Source: Octopus bimaculoides
Lineage: Eukaryota
NCBI RefSeq assembly: GCF_001194135.2
Contig: NC_068990.1
Location: 6,800,126 to 6,864,125 of the forward strand
Reading direction: 5' to 3'
Length of the DNA stretch: 64,000 nt
The notes beneath the pieces are model-generated. The model had not been told where the DNA came from, searched no databases, and was given only the letters and a program-made list of their open reading frames with translations. The first letter of the stretch is position 1, and every line of letters starts with the position of its first letter. Shown here one piece after another: positions 43,236 through 55,888 of the stretch. The translations under genes and the position numbers were made by a program.

Positions 43236-44990
43236 TTGGGGTTTGTATTAGAATGTAACACAATGAAGTTTATACAAATAGTTTACCACCAGTGGAAGGG
43301 TGGCGCCATGGGTGCCCCCATGGCAGTTAATTTCGCTAATGTCTTTATGACGAAATTCGAGATACAGTTACTGAAGACATTGAAATGCCTTCATGGTCAT
43401 GAACCAATACTCTGGTTACGGTTCATTGAAGACGTATTTTTTGTCTGGGAAGGATCAGAGGATAGTTTAATGGACTTCTTGCATTTCTGTGACTGTTATG
43501 CTAGAAACTATGGCTTTAAGTGCAACATAAAATTTACGTCTAGTTTTTCAAAAACTAGCGTTGAATTTCTGAACACAAAAGTTAAGTTTTTTGGAGGCAA
43601 AATAGTGACAGAGTTATTTTGCAAGCTCACGTTATCCCACATTTATCTCCATCGCGGCTCCGATCATCCACATCATCTTATTCGATCAAATCCGAAATCC
43701 CAATTTTTCAGTACAAAACGGGGATTACTGGAAACATGCAAATGCTTTTGTATGCCATTATCTCAAACGAGGTTACAGTGAATCACGATTAAAGGAAATA
43801 GCAAATGAAACAGATAAGATTAACAAAGATAGTCAAACCTACACGCATAATTTTAGCAAACACAATACAATAGATGATAGAATTCCTTTAGTGATTAGCT
43901 GGCACCGACATTTCGCTGGCATTTCAAAAGTGTTGCATGAAAGTTACCAGAATGTGGCGAAAAAATATCCTCGTTTCAAACATATTTCCTCAGCTGCCCA
44001 TTGTAGACTTTAGACGGAATAAGAATATAAGAGAATTATTGACCTCTATATCTGACTCCAAGAAATCGGACATTGGAGTATCTGCGCGCTGTACCTTAAT
44101 GAACAGCCGCAAGAGAGTTAAGCCCTGTTCATTGTGCAACAACTTGAGTGAAGTGAATTCCATCAGAAATCATAACAGAAATGTTATGATTTATACAGAA
44201 GGTGGAACATGTAAAGATTCCTATTTGGTGTACGCAGCAGAATGCACGAAACACAACTTGATTTATGTTGGTTGTACAACAGAACGATTAAAGAAAAGGT
44301 TTAATGGGCACAGATTCGACGTCAGGCACAATAACAGTAGTTTGAGAGAACTTGCTGAACATTTCGTTTCAAGCGGCTGCAATTTTGAAGAAGACTTAAA
44401 AGTGCATATTCTCAGAAAATATTCTGAATCTGCCCCACTTTCACTTCTCAGAATGTATGANNNNNNNNNNNNNNNNNNNNNNNNNNNNNNNNNNNNNNNN
44501 NNNNNNNNNNNNNNNNNNNNNNNNNNNNNNNNNNNNNNNNNNNNNNNNNNNNNNNNNNNNNNNNNNNNNNNNNNNNNNNNNNNNNNNNNNNNNNNNNNNN
44601 NNNNNNNNNNNNNNNNNNNNNNNNNNNNNNNNNNNNNNNNNNNNNNNNNNNNNNNNNNNNNNNNNNNNNNNNNNNNNNNNNNNNNNNNNNNNNNNNNNNN
44701 NNNNNNNNNNNNNNNNNNNNNNNNNNNNNNNNNNNNNNNNNNNNNNNNNNNNNNNNNNNNNNNNNNNNNNNNNNNNNNNNNNNNNNNNNNNNNNNNNNNN
44801 NNNNNNNNNNNNNNNNNNNNNNNNNNNNNNNNNNNNNNNNNNNNNNNNNNNNNNNNNNNNNNNNNNNNNNNNNNNNNNNNNNNNNNNNNNNNTCACTTCT
44901 TATTTTGAACTTGACAAAGACAGACGTACTGTTGAAATATCGTTCAACCAATAAAATATCTTACAATCGAATCGTTCTCTTCGTCTTGAA
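43236..44990 (+). mobile_element. Penelope-like retroelement, 5'-truncated, RT plus GIY-YIG endonuclease, with terminal-repeat remnant
   Basis: RT motif B YHQWKGGAMGAPMAVNFANVFM; degenerate motif C WLRFIEDVF; YLHRGSDHPHH...SQF; IFPQLPIVDFRRNKNIRELL; Cys-rich linker; GIY-YIG-type LVYAAEC...IYVGCTTERLKKRFNGH. Frameshifted, and interrupted by the N gap 44461-44892. Confidence 0.93.
44905..44947 (+). ncRNA. Minimal type I hammerhead ribozyme (U3-A8 core variant) at PLE 3' end
   Basis: TTGAAC-TTGACAA-A-GACAG-ACGTA-CTGTT-GAA-ATAT-C-GTTCAA. Perfect 6-bp stem I, 5-bp stem II (one G-U), palindromic stem III ATAT, AUC cleavage triplet (predicted cut after 44941). Confidence 0.75.
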
Positions 44991-45005
44991 TATTATTATT
45001 ATTAC

Positions 45006-45054
<49 letters not shown>

Positions 45055-45189
45055 TTATAGTAGCCTTAATTAAATCTAATCTTTGTACTCCTATTAATTC
45101 ATACTCAGCTTATACAAGGTAATACCGGTATCTCGACAACTTAAAATAGTTCAATTTAATTAAATCAGTATATAGTTAACATGTTCTTT

Positions 45190-46410
45190 AACCTCAGTTG
45201 CTCCCTTATTAAATACCAGTTAAATCCAATTGATCAATTTCTATAGAAACCATCCAATGAGTTAATATTTAGATAAGTAATAAGTAAATAAATATTAAAC
45301 TATTTTCTTTGCAATTTTCTTTTCCTCCCTCTATTGTGGTAAAATTTTGGTATATACTCAAAATATTCAAAGAAGTTTTATCCTTTTGTTAAAATTTCAT
45401 TCTTAATAATCTTCTTGATTACCCTAAATTTTAACTTTATACAATAAGACAATATTGTTTGAAATGATCTTTAGAAATTACTTGATTTATCTCTCTCTTA
45501 AATGGCTCTACCCTCCTGATCTTAGTACTTTATAAGGGCCTTTATATAAATAACCCTTCTAAACAAGTACCACTAAGAAACTATAAATATTATGTAGGAA
45601 GTAACAATAACTTCTTAAACCTATATAACCCTTAGTTTTTAAAAAAATTAAAAAAGATTAGTGTAAAATATGAATGTTCCATAATTTAAATATTCCTTTA
45701 GCTGATACCAGACATCAGTCTTGATTATAATAAGCTAAATAAGTAAATATATAATTTTAGTCTAATATATTTTGAATTATTATACTTTTTCTATAAATCT
45801 TCTCTATTGGTGTTAATAAGCTACATATACTTTATTACAGTATTAGTAATTAAGCTATTTTATTCCTTTCCTCTGGTGTTCTGCCCTACTTGATTATTTT
45901 ATTTTATTTCTTTATTATTTTATAATTAACCTTTATTTATTCATAAAATTAAGCTAATCTTTGTATCTCTGTAAATTCATACTTAGCTTATACAAAACTA
46001 TACTAGTATATTCACTACTTATAAAAAACTGGTTAGATTATAATTTTATTAATATATAATTAGCATGTTCTTTTATCTCAATACTCCTTTATTAATACCA
46101 GTATATACCAATTAATTAATATTCACAGACACCATCTGAAGAGTTAATATTTAAGTGTACAATATGTATAAATATTAAACTATTTCTGGATAATTTTTTT
46201 CCTCCCTCTATTGTGGTGAAAGTTTGGTATATACTCAAAAGTATTCATAAATTTCTATCCTTTTGTTATAATATTCTTCTTAATAACCCTCTGAATAGCC
46301 CTAAACTTTAACTGTATACAATATAGCTACATTGTTTAAAATATTTTAACTATAGTATTACATGATAAGACTTCCCCTATTTCATTATCAATGGTCTGCT
46401 AGAGGGTGAC
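45190..46410. repeat. Diverged direct repeat, about 330 bp (45190-45530 and 46075-46410)
   Basis: Shared blocks GAGTTAATATTTA, ATAAATATTAAACTATTT, TTTCCTCCCTCTATTGTGGT, TTTGGTATATACTCAAAA and TATCCTTTTGTTA occur in the same order in both copies. Confidence 0.85.
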
Positions 46411-47873
46411 CCCCTTAATTGTGAGCTAACATCTTGTTTTAAGTTTTCCTTTACCAAACCTCATGATNNNNNNNNNNNNNNNNNNNNNNNNNNNNNNNNN
46501 NNNNNNNNNNNNNNNNNNNNNNNNNNNNNNNNNNNNNNNNNNNNNNNNNNNNNNNNNNNNNNNNNNNNNNNNNNNNNNNNNNNNNNNNNNNNNNNNNNNN
46601 NNNNNNNNNNNNATATATAGTTCAGATTTATAGAAAAACAAAAGACGATTCGAAAACAGGTATAGGAACAAAAGTGTATTAGTTTGACACTCAGAAAAAT
46701 GGACAGAAAGAAAAAGAAGAAATCACCAAAGAGAGAAGGGGAAAAACAGCGAGAGAATAACTGTGTAGTGCTCAACGGTCTAATATATATATATATATAT
46801 TGTAACTAGCTGGTGCTCTATAATAGTATGTCGGTCTAGCAAATTAGTGTAAAGAAGGTTGAAACACATACGATATACACAGAAAATTACATTTCCAGCT
46901 CTAGAGAACACTTGAGAACAAAGAAAGGAGTTTTATTCCAGAGATTGATGGGAGAGGGTGTTAAATATTAACCACCAAATACATACAATTCTAAAACCTT
47001 CTGGGGAAGCTTATGGGAGAATATCTGTAAAATACGATGCAAAAGCTGGGTAGCCTGATAAAACCGAATCTTATTACTGTTAGTGGTGAGGATAGAAATA
47101 TGCAAGCTAAAAGATTACCAAACGGAAACCTCCAGCCTTCTATCGCATCCAAGGTTACTGGATTAATTATTCTAATTCAATGCACAATATTTTGGGGGAT
47201 CATTTTATTGAATGTGTTTACCTTTACTTGCTTAAACCTACCCTGGACGCTTCTGATAGGATTATTGTTTGAGAACTCACCCATCACCTATTAAACGACA
47301 ACCTCCTTTCAAAACAGTAAATTTGCATGCAAAGTAAAAAACAAAAACAGCAAAGACAATAGCAAGAAATGATCATATTGCCATAGACTAGAAAGTGATG
47401 AAAGTCTCTAAATCTCAAAAGAGGAACATAAACACAACTCGGTTAGGTTTTTAAAAAGGACTTATATATTACCCCATTTGCGGGTTCATGAAATTATAGA
47501 GACGACTGAAATAGCACATGAATAAATGGAATCAATAAATTCTAGTATGAAGCGACAGAGAAGTAATAAGCTGTCATGTAATAACTTCTCGGCATTGAGA
47601 ACATAAACGGAAGTATTTTCCTAGACAAGACTTTTTTCTCAATAACTCCTTATTTTCGCGTTTTTATCAGTCTTCATGCTGAGAAAGGTGTAGTTGGGAA
47701 ATAGGTTGATAAAATGTGCTCCTAAAACCTTCCTTACTTCGTTTGTAGTTTATGTACTGTTTGCTGGTATATGAAACAACTAAATTCATGACTGAGATTT
47801 ACTGTCTCAACATATACACTGAGAAAACTTTCCTACAAGTACATCTATCTATCTATTTTTCTTTCTTTCTTTG

Positions 47874-47932
<59 letters not shown>

Positions 47933-47997
47933 ATATATGACAATCTTGTACTGGTATAGAGTCGTATAATGAAGTCAAACCAAGAAGCAAGTTGTAA

Positions 47998-48358
47998 GCC
48001 CTCCGTCGGTTACGACGTCGAGGGTTCCAGTTGATCCGATCAACGGAACAGCCTGCTCGTGAAATTAACGTGCAAGTGGCTGAGTACTCCACAGACACGT
48101 GTACCCTTAAGGTAGTTCTCGGGGAGATTCAGCGTGACACAGAGTATGACAAGGCTGACGCTTTGAAATACGGGTACAACAGAAACAGGAAGAACGAGTG
48201 AGAGAAAGTTGTGGTGAAAGAGTACAACAGGGTTCGCCACCATCCCCTGCCGGAACCTCGTGGAGCTTTAGGTGTTTTCGCTCAATAAACACTCACAATG
48301 CTCGGTCTGGAAATCGAGACCGCGAGTACACTGCCCTAACCACTGGACCATTGCATCT
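47998..48358 (-). mobile_element. tRNA-derived SINE (third family)
   Basis: - strand head GGAGATGCAATGGTCCAGTGGTTAGGG and degenerate B box GGTCTCGATTTCC. Shares the TTGTG...TTGAGC..AAACAC block with the 55889 SINE. Confidence 0.8.
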
Positions 48359-50084
48359 CCACCAAGAAGCAAGTAATGATATTTTGAATGCATTTAATAC
48401 GTACGTTTTAGATAATTGCGCATTGGATAATAAGTGAATTTCATTTCTTACGCAAAAAAACTTCATTTAAAACAAATTAAAAGTGATGGAATTTATTCTT
48501 CATATATATATATATATAGACACACATCTGGTAGGGGCAGTTTATGTCACATACTAGATGAGGGGCGAACGTGGCCAGAAGAGGTAGAATAGCTTGATTG
48601 CTTTTTCACAGATTATTTGCTTCGTATGTTCTATCACAAAAGTGAACTCTTTCTCACATAAGTTGTACTTCCGTTCAAATTAAGACTCGTTGAAGTTTTC
48701 CGGCGTCACTTTCTTTCTCCAATAATAGGTTTATTTTTGCTGAATCAGTTGCAATTTCTTTTATTCGTGTCGGAATAATCCGTTTTTCATCTTCTAAATC
48801 TTCTTACACTATGAAATCTTCCATAGCCCCGTCATTTGCATGTTTTTCCATGAAATGCCTAACGTTGTGAATCACATCATCATTGCTGATATTGTTTGTA
48901 TTTCCCTCTTCCAAACCCACTTAAATTCATACCAAGGAATTCATGTTTTCATTTAACCTAGCGACCTCTACGTTGTTCCATTCACCGTTTACTCGATACC
49001 GATCGTCTCCTCATTGATTCTTTTCTGTATACTCTATTTTTGAACTGGTGTTAACCAGTTTCTTCATAGATGCTTGGTCCATAAACTTATTTTCTGTTAT
49101 CTCAAAATTATGTTTGTTTTTCCTAAAGTGAGCACCATTCCTGCCTAGCTCTCAAATAACATTTCAATAAATTTGTTTAATTCCACGTTACTCCATTTCT
49201 GCTGACCACAGGTTCTTCCGCGAGCAATCGTTGATAAATGGCCAGGTACTTCTTACTCTAGTACAACATATACGCTGGATGTCACAGCTCTACCTGTGGT
49301 TTCTCTTCCGTTTACATCATAAATGTTTCTAGTAAACTGTTAAATTCCATTAATTCATGAAAACTACTGGTGATCAGTGACACCGCCATTTGTGTTTTTT
49401 ATTGAAATTCCATCACTAGGAGGGTTGCCAACGTCAGATGAAAAAGCGTCGCACTCCATGCTACAGACTTAACCTCGCCGGAGGCCAACTCAGTACCTTT
49501 ATGGTCTTGGAGTATGTTTTAACATGACACAACCATCACCAGTGCTTTTTTTCTATTTTAAAGTAAATCATCTCTTGGAGAGTTACCATCAAAGGCTAAG
49601 TAGGTTCTCTTCACCAAGAGATGGTCTTCCATCCACCGGGCTCCTACAAAGAACCTCATAAATATATATATAATGGAGCTAGTCGCCTAGCAACATGACA
49701 ATAGCTATTGAGGGACTAAATCATAATAGGCTCCCAGAAAATGGCTGAGATAAGAGCCAGGCTTTTGCACCATGAAACCCATAGTTAGTCGTAGAGGTGC
49801 ATGCCTGTGTTGGGTGTATCGGATTACAGAAAATGACAGTGTATTGTTTGTAATGGTGATAAAAACAGATTTTGACTAAAAGAAAATTGTATAGGCTTAT
49901 CGTTAGTAAGCAAGCATTTTCGTCCGATAATTACAGCGTACTTTAGAGGGGATAAAATAAGATATTTGTAACATCGTTGGTAAATGGTTTGCTCGAATAA
50001 ATTAGACTGATTGATTTGAAATATCTCGGTTTACAGTAAAATGTGGGATGAGTTAAAACAATTGTCATTTTACAGACCTGAATA

Positions 50085-50225
50085 AGGCGGCAAGCCAGCA
50101 GAATCGTTACCGTGCCGGACAAAAATGCTTCGTGGCATTTCTTCAGATTTTACGCCCTGAGTTCAAATAGCACCAGTGTCAACTGCCTTTCCTCTTTATT
50201 CGAGAAAATAAGTACCAGTTGAGTA
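50085..50225 (+). mobile_element. SINE copy (15880 family), partial
   Basis: Contains AAGGCGGCAAGCCAGCAGAATCGTT...CTGAGTTCAAAT...AAAATAAGTACCAGTTGAG. Confidence 0.75.
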
Positions 50226-51124
50226 TGTAGTAGAAAGGATGATATAGACATAAATACTAACACACCTAGTATATATATAAATATACATAGATATATATAT
50301 ATATATATATATACATGTGTGTGTGTGTGTGTGTGTGAATACTTGTATATGTATATACACAGATTTTAATAAGAGAAGAAAGATTGAACAGGCTTTGCCT
50401 TCTTTACCCTGTTGTGTTTTTCAAGTCATTAAGAGAGGATATTACACTAACACATTTAATATATAGTATCCCTACTGTATAGTCTGTAGGTGACAGTCTT
50501 TGGTATCCTACTGAGTGAAGGGAGTGAAGTGGTTTCTTTGAAGTGGAACAGTAGTAGACACAAGTGACGAGTAACTGTTAAAGGTTATCTTTTTTATGAC
50601 GTTCTTATCTTTAAATGTTCTCTTTTATTTTTCTAAAATTCCAAATAAGTCTGTGGTTAAAGATCGAATTCATTATTTTTTTATTACCCTTAAGTTCTTT
50701 TTGTAGTTTTTTCTTATTTTTATCTCTTTGTATTTCCTTATTGCTCTTTGTCAGAGGAATTCTAAATTGCTCTTAAACGTGGTTTGGACTTTGACTGTTA
50801 CTTCTAGCATGTAAGGTGTCCTCCTAGGGTCACCTCTTTTGTGATTAAATGTACACTAATTTTATATGGAAAATATGTAGTATTTAATGTGGATATAAAC
50901 TGTGGAGAAACTAAAGAAGCTACAGCAGTGCTTTGACACTGATTACCTGAGGATAAACAGCTATACAGCTATTGTTGAATCATATCAATGCAATGCTGCG
51001 TATAATTTATGTAACATTCAGCAATTAACAACTGATAATCGTGTGTTGAAACATTTGCAGTAATTAGTAATAAATTATTTAAATCTATGGATATTTGAGG
51101 ATTTCCAGTAACAGGAGAAGATAC

Positions 51125-51198
<74 letters not shown>

Positions 51199-51351
51199 TA
51201 CAAATGTTTATATTACGTGAAAGTTAGGAGTGGTGATACGGACACGAATAAGTTAAACTCATTGTTTTTAATGGTTGTGATTTGCAATTACTGTTGTCGG
51301 ATTCCATACCTTAAATATGCATCCTCACAATCACACACACTTTATCCATTC

Positions 51352-51560
51352 TACTATAGGCACACGGCCTGAAAATTGTGGGGAGGAGACTAGTCGATTA
51401 CATCGACCTCAGTGTTTCACTGGTACTTAATTTATCTACCCCGAAAGGATGAAAGGCAAAGTCGACCCCGGCGGAATTTGAACTCAGAAAGTAGCGACGG
51501 GCAAAGTACCGCTAAGCATTTCGTCCAGCGTGCTAACGATTCTGCCATCTCACCGCCTTA
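51352..51560 (-). mobile_element. SINE copy (15880 family), well preserved
   Basis: Contains GGATGAAAGGCAAAGTCGACCCCGGCGGAATTTGAACTCAGAA...CACCGCCTTA. Confidence 0.9.
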
Positions 51561-51880
51561 CATTACAGACACTTAATGATATTATGCATCCATATATCTT
51601 CGTTTCACGCTCAATTCCTGCTGGGACCCTCGTGGCATACGACATGTCTAGCATAGTTTATACTTGACAGAGAGCACCCTTCTTCAGTAGTGCATAGAGA
51701 GCTGATTTTTTTGCAAGGGAATAAAAATAAATATACGCCGGGACACGACTGGTACTCTATCTATAGATCTTGAAAGCAAGAAAAGCATAGTTAACCACGG
51801 CACTACTTGGTCTCAGATAGGCAGAATCAGTACCGCAAATCACTGATACTCTAAATAATTTCCCGACACACCGTTTGGGC

Positions 51881-51959
<79 letters not shown>

Positions 51960-52139
51960 CACGTGCAAGTGTGTACGCTTGTTTGTGTGTGTGTTTTTTC
52001 TCTGTATGTGCGTGTGCGTGTGTTTGAGTGTGTGTGTGCTTCTCTGTGTGTCTGTGTGTGTGTGTGTGTGCACGCGCGCAAGTACAAAACCATTTTTGCT
52101 ACCTTATTTGTTTTACTGTTTTTAATACTACTTCGAACG

Positions 52140-52352
52140 AAGGCGGCACTCAGACCGAATTGTTAGCCTCACCGACAAAATGCATAGCGGTATTTCGTTT
52201 GCCTTTAACAATCCGAGTTCAAATTCCAATGAGGTCGTCTTTACCTCTAATCCTTTCGAGATCAATACAGATCCGTAACCAGTTGAACACTGAGTCAGAC
52301 GTAATCGACTATCTTCCTCCTCCAAATTTTCAGGCTTTGTGCCTATAGTAGA
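52140..52352 (+). mobile_element. SINE copy (15880 family), diverged
   Basis: Contains AAGGCGGCACTC...GAGTTCAAATTCCAATGAGGTCG...CAGGCTTTGTGCCTATAGTAGAAAC. Confidence 0.8.
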
Positions 52353-53145
52353 AACGATGATTACTTGGAACTTGCTGGATGCATTTCCGCTCTTGCACGG
52401 ATTCCTTTCGACCGTCGCATTCGATCTTTTTAATATTTTATAAAGCATTTTAGTCTTGCTCTTTATTTTTATTATATGGGCATTGATCGAGCAATTTATA
52501 GGTTATGCACATGTTTTTATTATATATTATTTTTCACATACCACACCACACCAAACTATCCCATACCACTCCACACACACTAGCACTGATGTCTAAAATG
52601 GGGCTGGTCCGTTTTACCCCAGTGGTCCATCTTGACCCGGTTTCCCCTACCTCTTGGCTACTTTTGTACCGAAGTCTACTCTAACCCGCAGTATTAACAC
52701 CTGTCACGGTCCCAGCTATGGGCTAATTAGCATTTAAGGCCTGCTTAGCAATGCATATAAAGACTAGATTCTTCATAATGCGACGGAGGGGAAGTTGGAT
52801 GCAGCAAAGCATTGTTAAGAGCAGAGAATAAGATGAGGCAAAATGGTCATCCACCGTATCTCTCCCACGTCGTCTTCACCTGGTCTTTCAACCGAATTAA
52901 AAATGGTCATAGTACGAAAGCGTGAGGTTGATGGTGTGTAAGTCCTCTGAGAATAACAAACTGTTTGGATCAAGTCAGATTGTTTTACGGTAAAATCTCA
53001 ATAGATTCAAATATCCACACTAAATGCAGTTTTGGCCGAGAATTTAGGAGTGCCTAGTTACATAACAGTTAAAATTAAACCAGTTTGTGCAGAGGAAGAA
53101 AAAGCTATCCCTACAAGTAAGGACACTATTCCGAAATTATGCAAC

Positions 53146-53192
<47 letters not shown>

Positions 53193-53331
53193 TGAGGAGG
53201 AATGAAACTACACTGGAATGAAACTACACTTCAAGTACTGTTCTCTCTTTTTTCAGCACATCACACTCTTTACCGCTTCATACTAAAAATATCCGCATAT
53301 GGATATAATAATAGATTACTTTATTTTTTCT

Positions 53332-53380
53332 GTCTCCGATGAAGGGAAGTACTGGATCTTCCCAGAAACAGCTGTAAGAC
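53332..53380 (+). ncRNA. Degenerate minimal hammerhead-like motif
   Basis: GTCT-CCGATGA-A-GGGAAG-TACTGGAT-CTTCCC-A-GAA-ACAGCTGT-A-AGAC. 4-bp stem I, 6-bp stem II, palindromic stem III. U4 is C, and there is an extra A before GAAA. Confidence 0.55.
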
Positions 53381-54974
53381 TCTATCCATAAAATTCTTCA
53401 ACCTTAACTTTGCTCTCNNNNNNNNNNNNNNNNNNNNNNNNNNNNNNNNNNNNNNNNNNNNNNNNNNNNNNNNNNNNNNNNNNNNNNNNNNNNNNNNNNN
53501 NNNNNNNNNNNNATATATATATATATATACATATGTATATGTATATATATATACTCTCAAACTGGCAAACTGGAAAATTTCAAGACCAGATGGGATCCAA
53601 CGAAACAGCTGAAATCCTTACACGGCCAAACTGAAAATCATTTAAACGAATGAAAAATGCAAGAAAGTGTTCCGGAATGGATGGTTGAGCGCTGAACAAC
53701 TTTGTTAATGAAAGATCCAGCGATGGGAAATGCTACAGAAAATTTTCTAGCAATAACTTGTTTCGATCTGTTGTGGAAACAGGTATTTTTGTTTTCTTTT
53801 TTGAGAAGGCATACAATCATTTGACGCATGAACAAATTACTATCCATTGTAAAAGCGGTGTTCAGAAATCACTTAAAAGGCACATGTAACACCGTCAAAT
53901 CATTGAGAAAAAGATAAAGAAGGATGGCACATGACGTATCTGAACATGACTAGCTGCGATTTAAAAACATTTTACGACATGACACTCCATTCTTGTATTG
54001 TAGAGACACTTAGAATGTATAGTATAACTGAAAAAATCATCAACAACCAGCTTGATTGAGAACATGAAGTCAGTGGGAAGAGCAATCGATTATACAGGTA
54101 TCTTCTAGGAAATTTTGTTAAGGATTGGCAGTTTCCTTGAAGAAAAAACAACAAAAATAGTACTATATATTTATACGGTACAATGAAATAATAACATTTA
54201 TTATAAAGGAATGCAGATGTCTACATCTGCTTTGGAGATAACTAAAACTATATAAAAGTTCTATTTTATTAATGAGATGGAAATGAAATTCGTCAGAGGC
54301 GAATTTTGTCAATGCTTGAAATCCGTCTCCGTATGTAATATGTAATTTATTTCTTGCAAAGAATTTGTTACCTGAAGTCAATTGATAGTCACCTCCATTA
54401 ACTGTTACTTCCCTCCTTTTATCTTTGTACGCCTTTGAGTTCTAAAATAAAACATATATGCTATAAATATTATCAGATAGAACTAAATAAATTGATAAAC
54501 GAAGGTTCATAAGTTGTTTTATCCAGTTTTCGAAGGAATACATTATTTTGAAATTCTCAGTCGAAACCTATCAATCAGATAGAAGCCAGCTTCCAAGAAT
54601 TTTGCATCCATTCAATTTTAATGTGCGCTGTTTCACATTAAAAAGAAAAGAATTAAAAACGCAAAACGCAACTGTTAACCAAGTTCCATCTAGGGAATAT
54701 ATATATTAAGTGCCTTCTTGTTCGGCACTTATGTAGGAAAGTCTAGAGAAAGCAATAACAAAGACCTTCAATATTTTCTCTTATATAAAGTGCTGTAGAA
54801 AAAGAAAATCGTTAGAAGTCTCACATCGACCCAATGATTTGGAGGCTATTATGACTATAATTAATTTCAAATTACTTTCCTCTGCATTTATTGTCGTATC
54901 AGTAAATTGTTTATATTCGAAGAAAAATCGAATATTTCCACAATTACAATGATCAATTCTATTTTTATTTTCAG

Positions 54975-55128
54975 TGGATGTGTAAACTTATGATGACATT
55001 TTTCCATTATTTCACGACGTCCAGCTTCTTCTGGATGTTCGTCGAAGGGTTGTACTTGTATTTCATGATTGTCCACGCAATGCGCCACAACAAAATCAAG
55101 TTTATCTACTGTATCATTATCGGATGGG
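54975..55128 (+). CDS. Class B1 GPCR exon, TM3-ICL2-start of TM4 (CRF/DH44-receptor-like)
   Basis: Acceptor ttttattttcag| and donor |gtaagt at 55129. Phase 0 start matches the previous exon; phase 1 end. Reads WMCKLMMTFFHYFTTSSFFWMFVEGLYLYFMIVHAMRHNKIKFIYCIIIGW(G), with the hallmark WMFVEGLYL and GWG motifs. Confidence 0.96.
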
Positions 55129-55184
55129 GTAAGTTTAACAATATTGATTACACGTATTTCTCTTCCTCTTTTCCTCTTTTCCCA

Positions 55185-55277
<93 letters not shown>

Positions 55278-55888
55278 CACACACACACACACACACAAAT
55301 ATATATGTGTGTGTGTATATCATAATCGATTAAGGAAACAGAAAATGGATTTAATATTAGTCTTTATTCCGTACGACGATCGTTTCGACCCATCCTGCGA
55401 CTGTTTTTTATGGGTGGGACGTTATGCATCCTATTGCGTTCCATCAATTTTGTAGTCTGGGTCAAGTTAGGTGCATGCATAGAAAAAGTGGTGTCCTGGC
55501 TGGGGAAGTAGAAAGGAAACTAAACGAGTTGACTTTTTTCCTATCCTGGGGATGAATGAAAACGTGAAAAATGTTGCTGGGTTAATTTTTTTTAATGGAT
55601 CGAAGCTTTATTCTAACAAAAAATTAGGTGCCAGTTTACTTTTTACGATACCTTCGTAACCTTTTAAATAAGTTTAAATATTTAAATTAAATTTTAAAGC
55701 ATTGGTATGAATAAACGGTTAAAAATCTTTACATTTTAATCACAAAGTTTGTCAGTTGCTGCTTTTCACTCCAAGTTGTCAAGAAGAACATTCTGTGTAG
55801 TGGTCACATGCCTGAATTAGGTCTTAAAAGGGGATCAAAAATACTCTCCATGAATTAAATCTTTTGAAATGCAGTATATACTCTTCAG

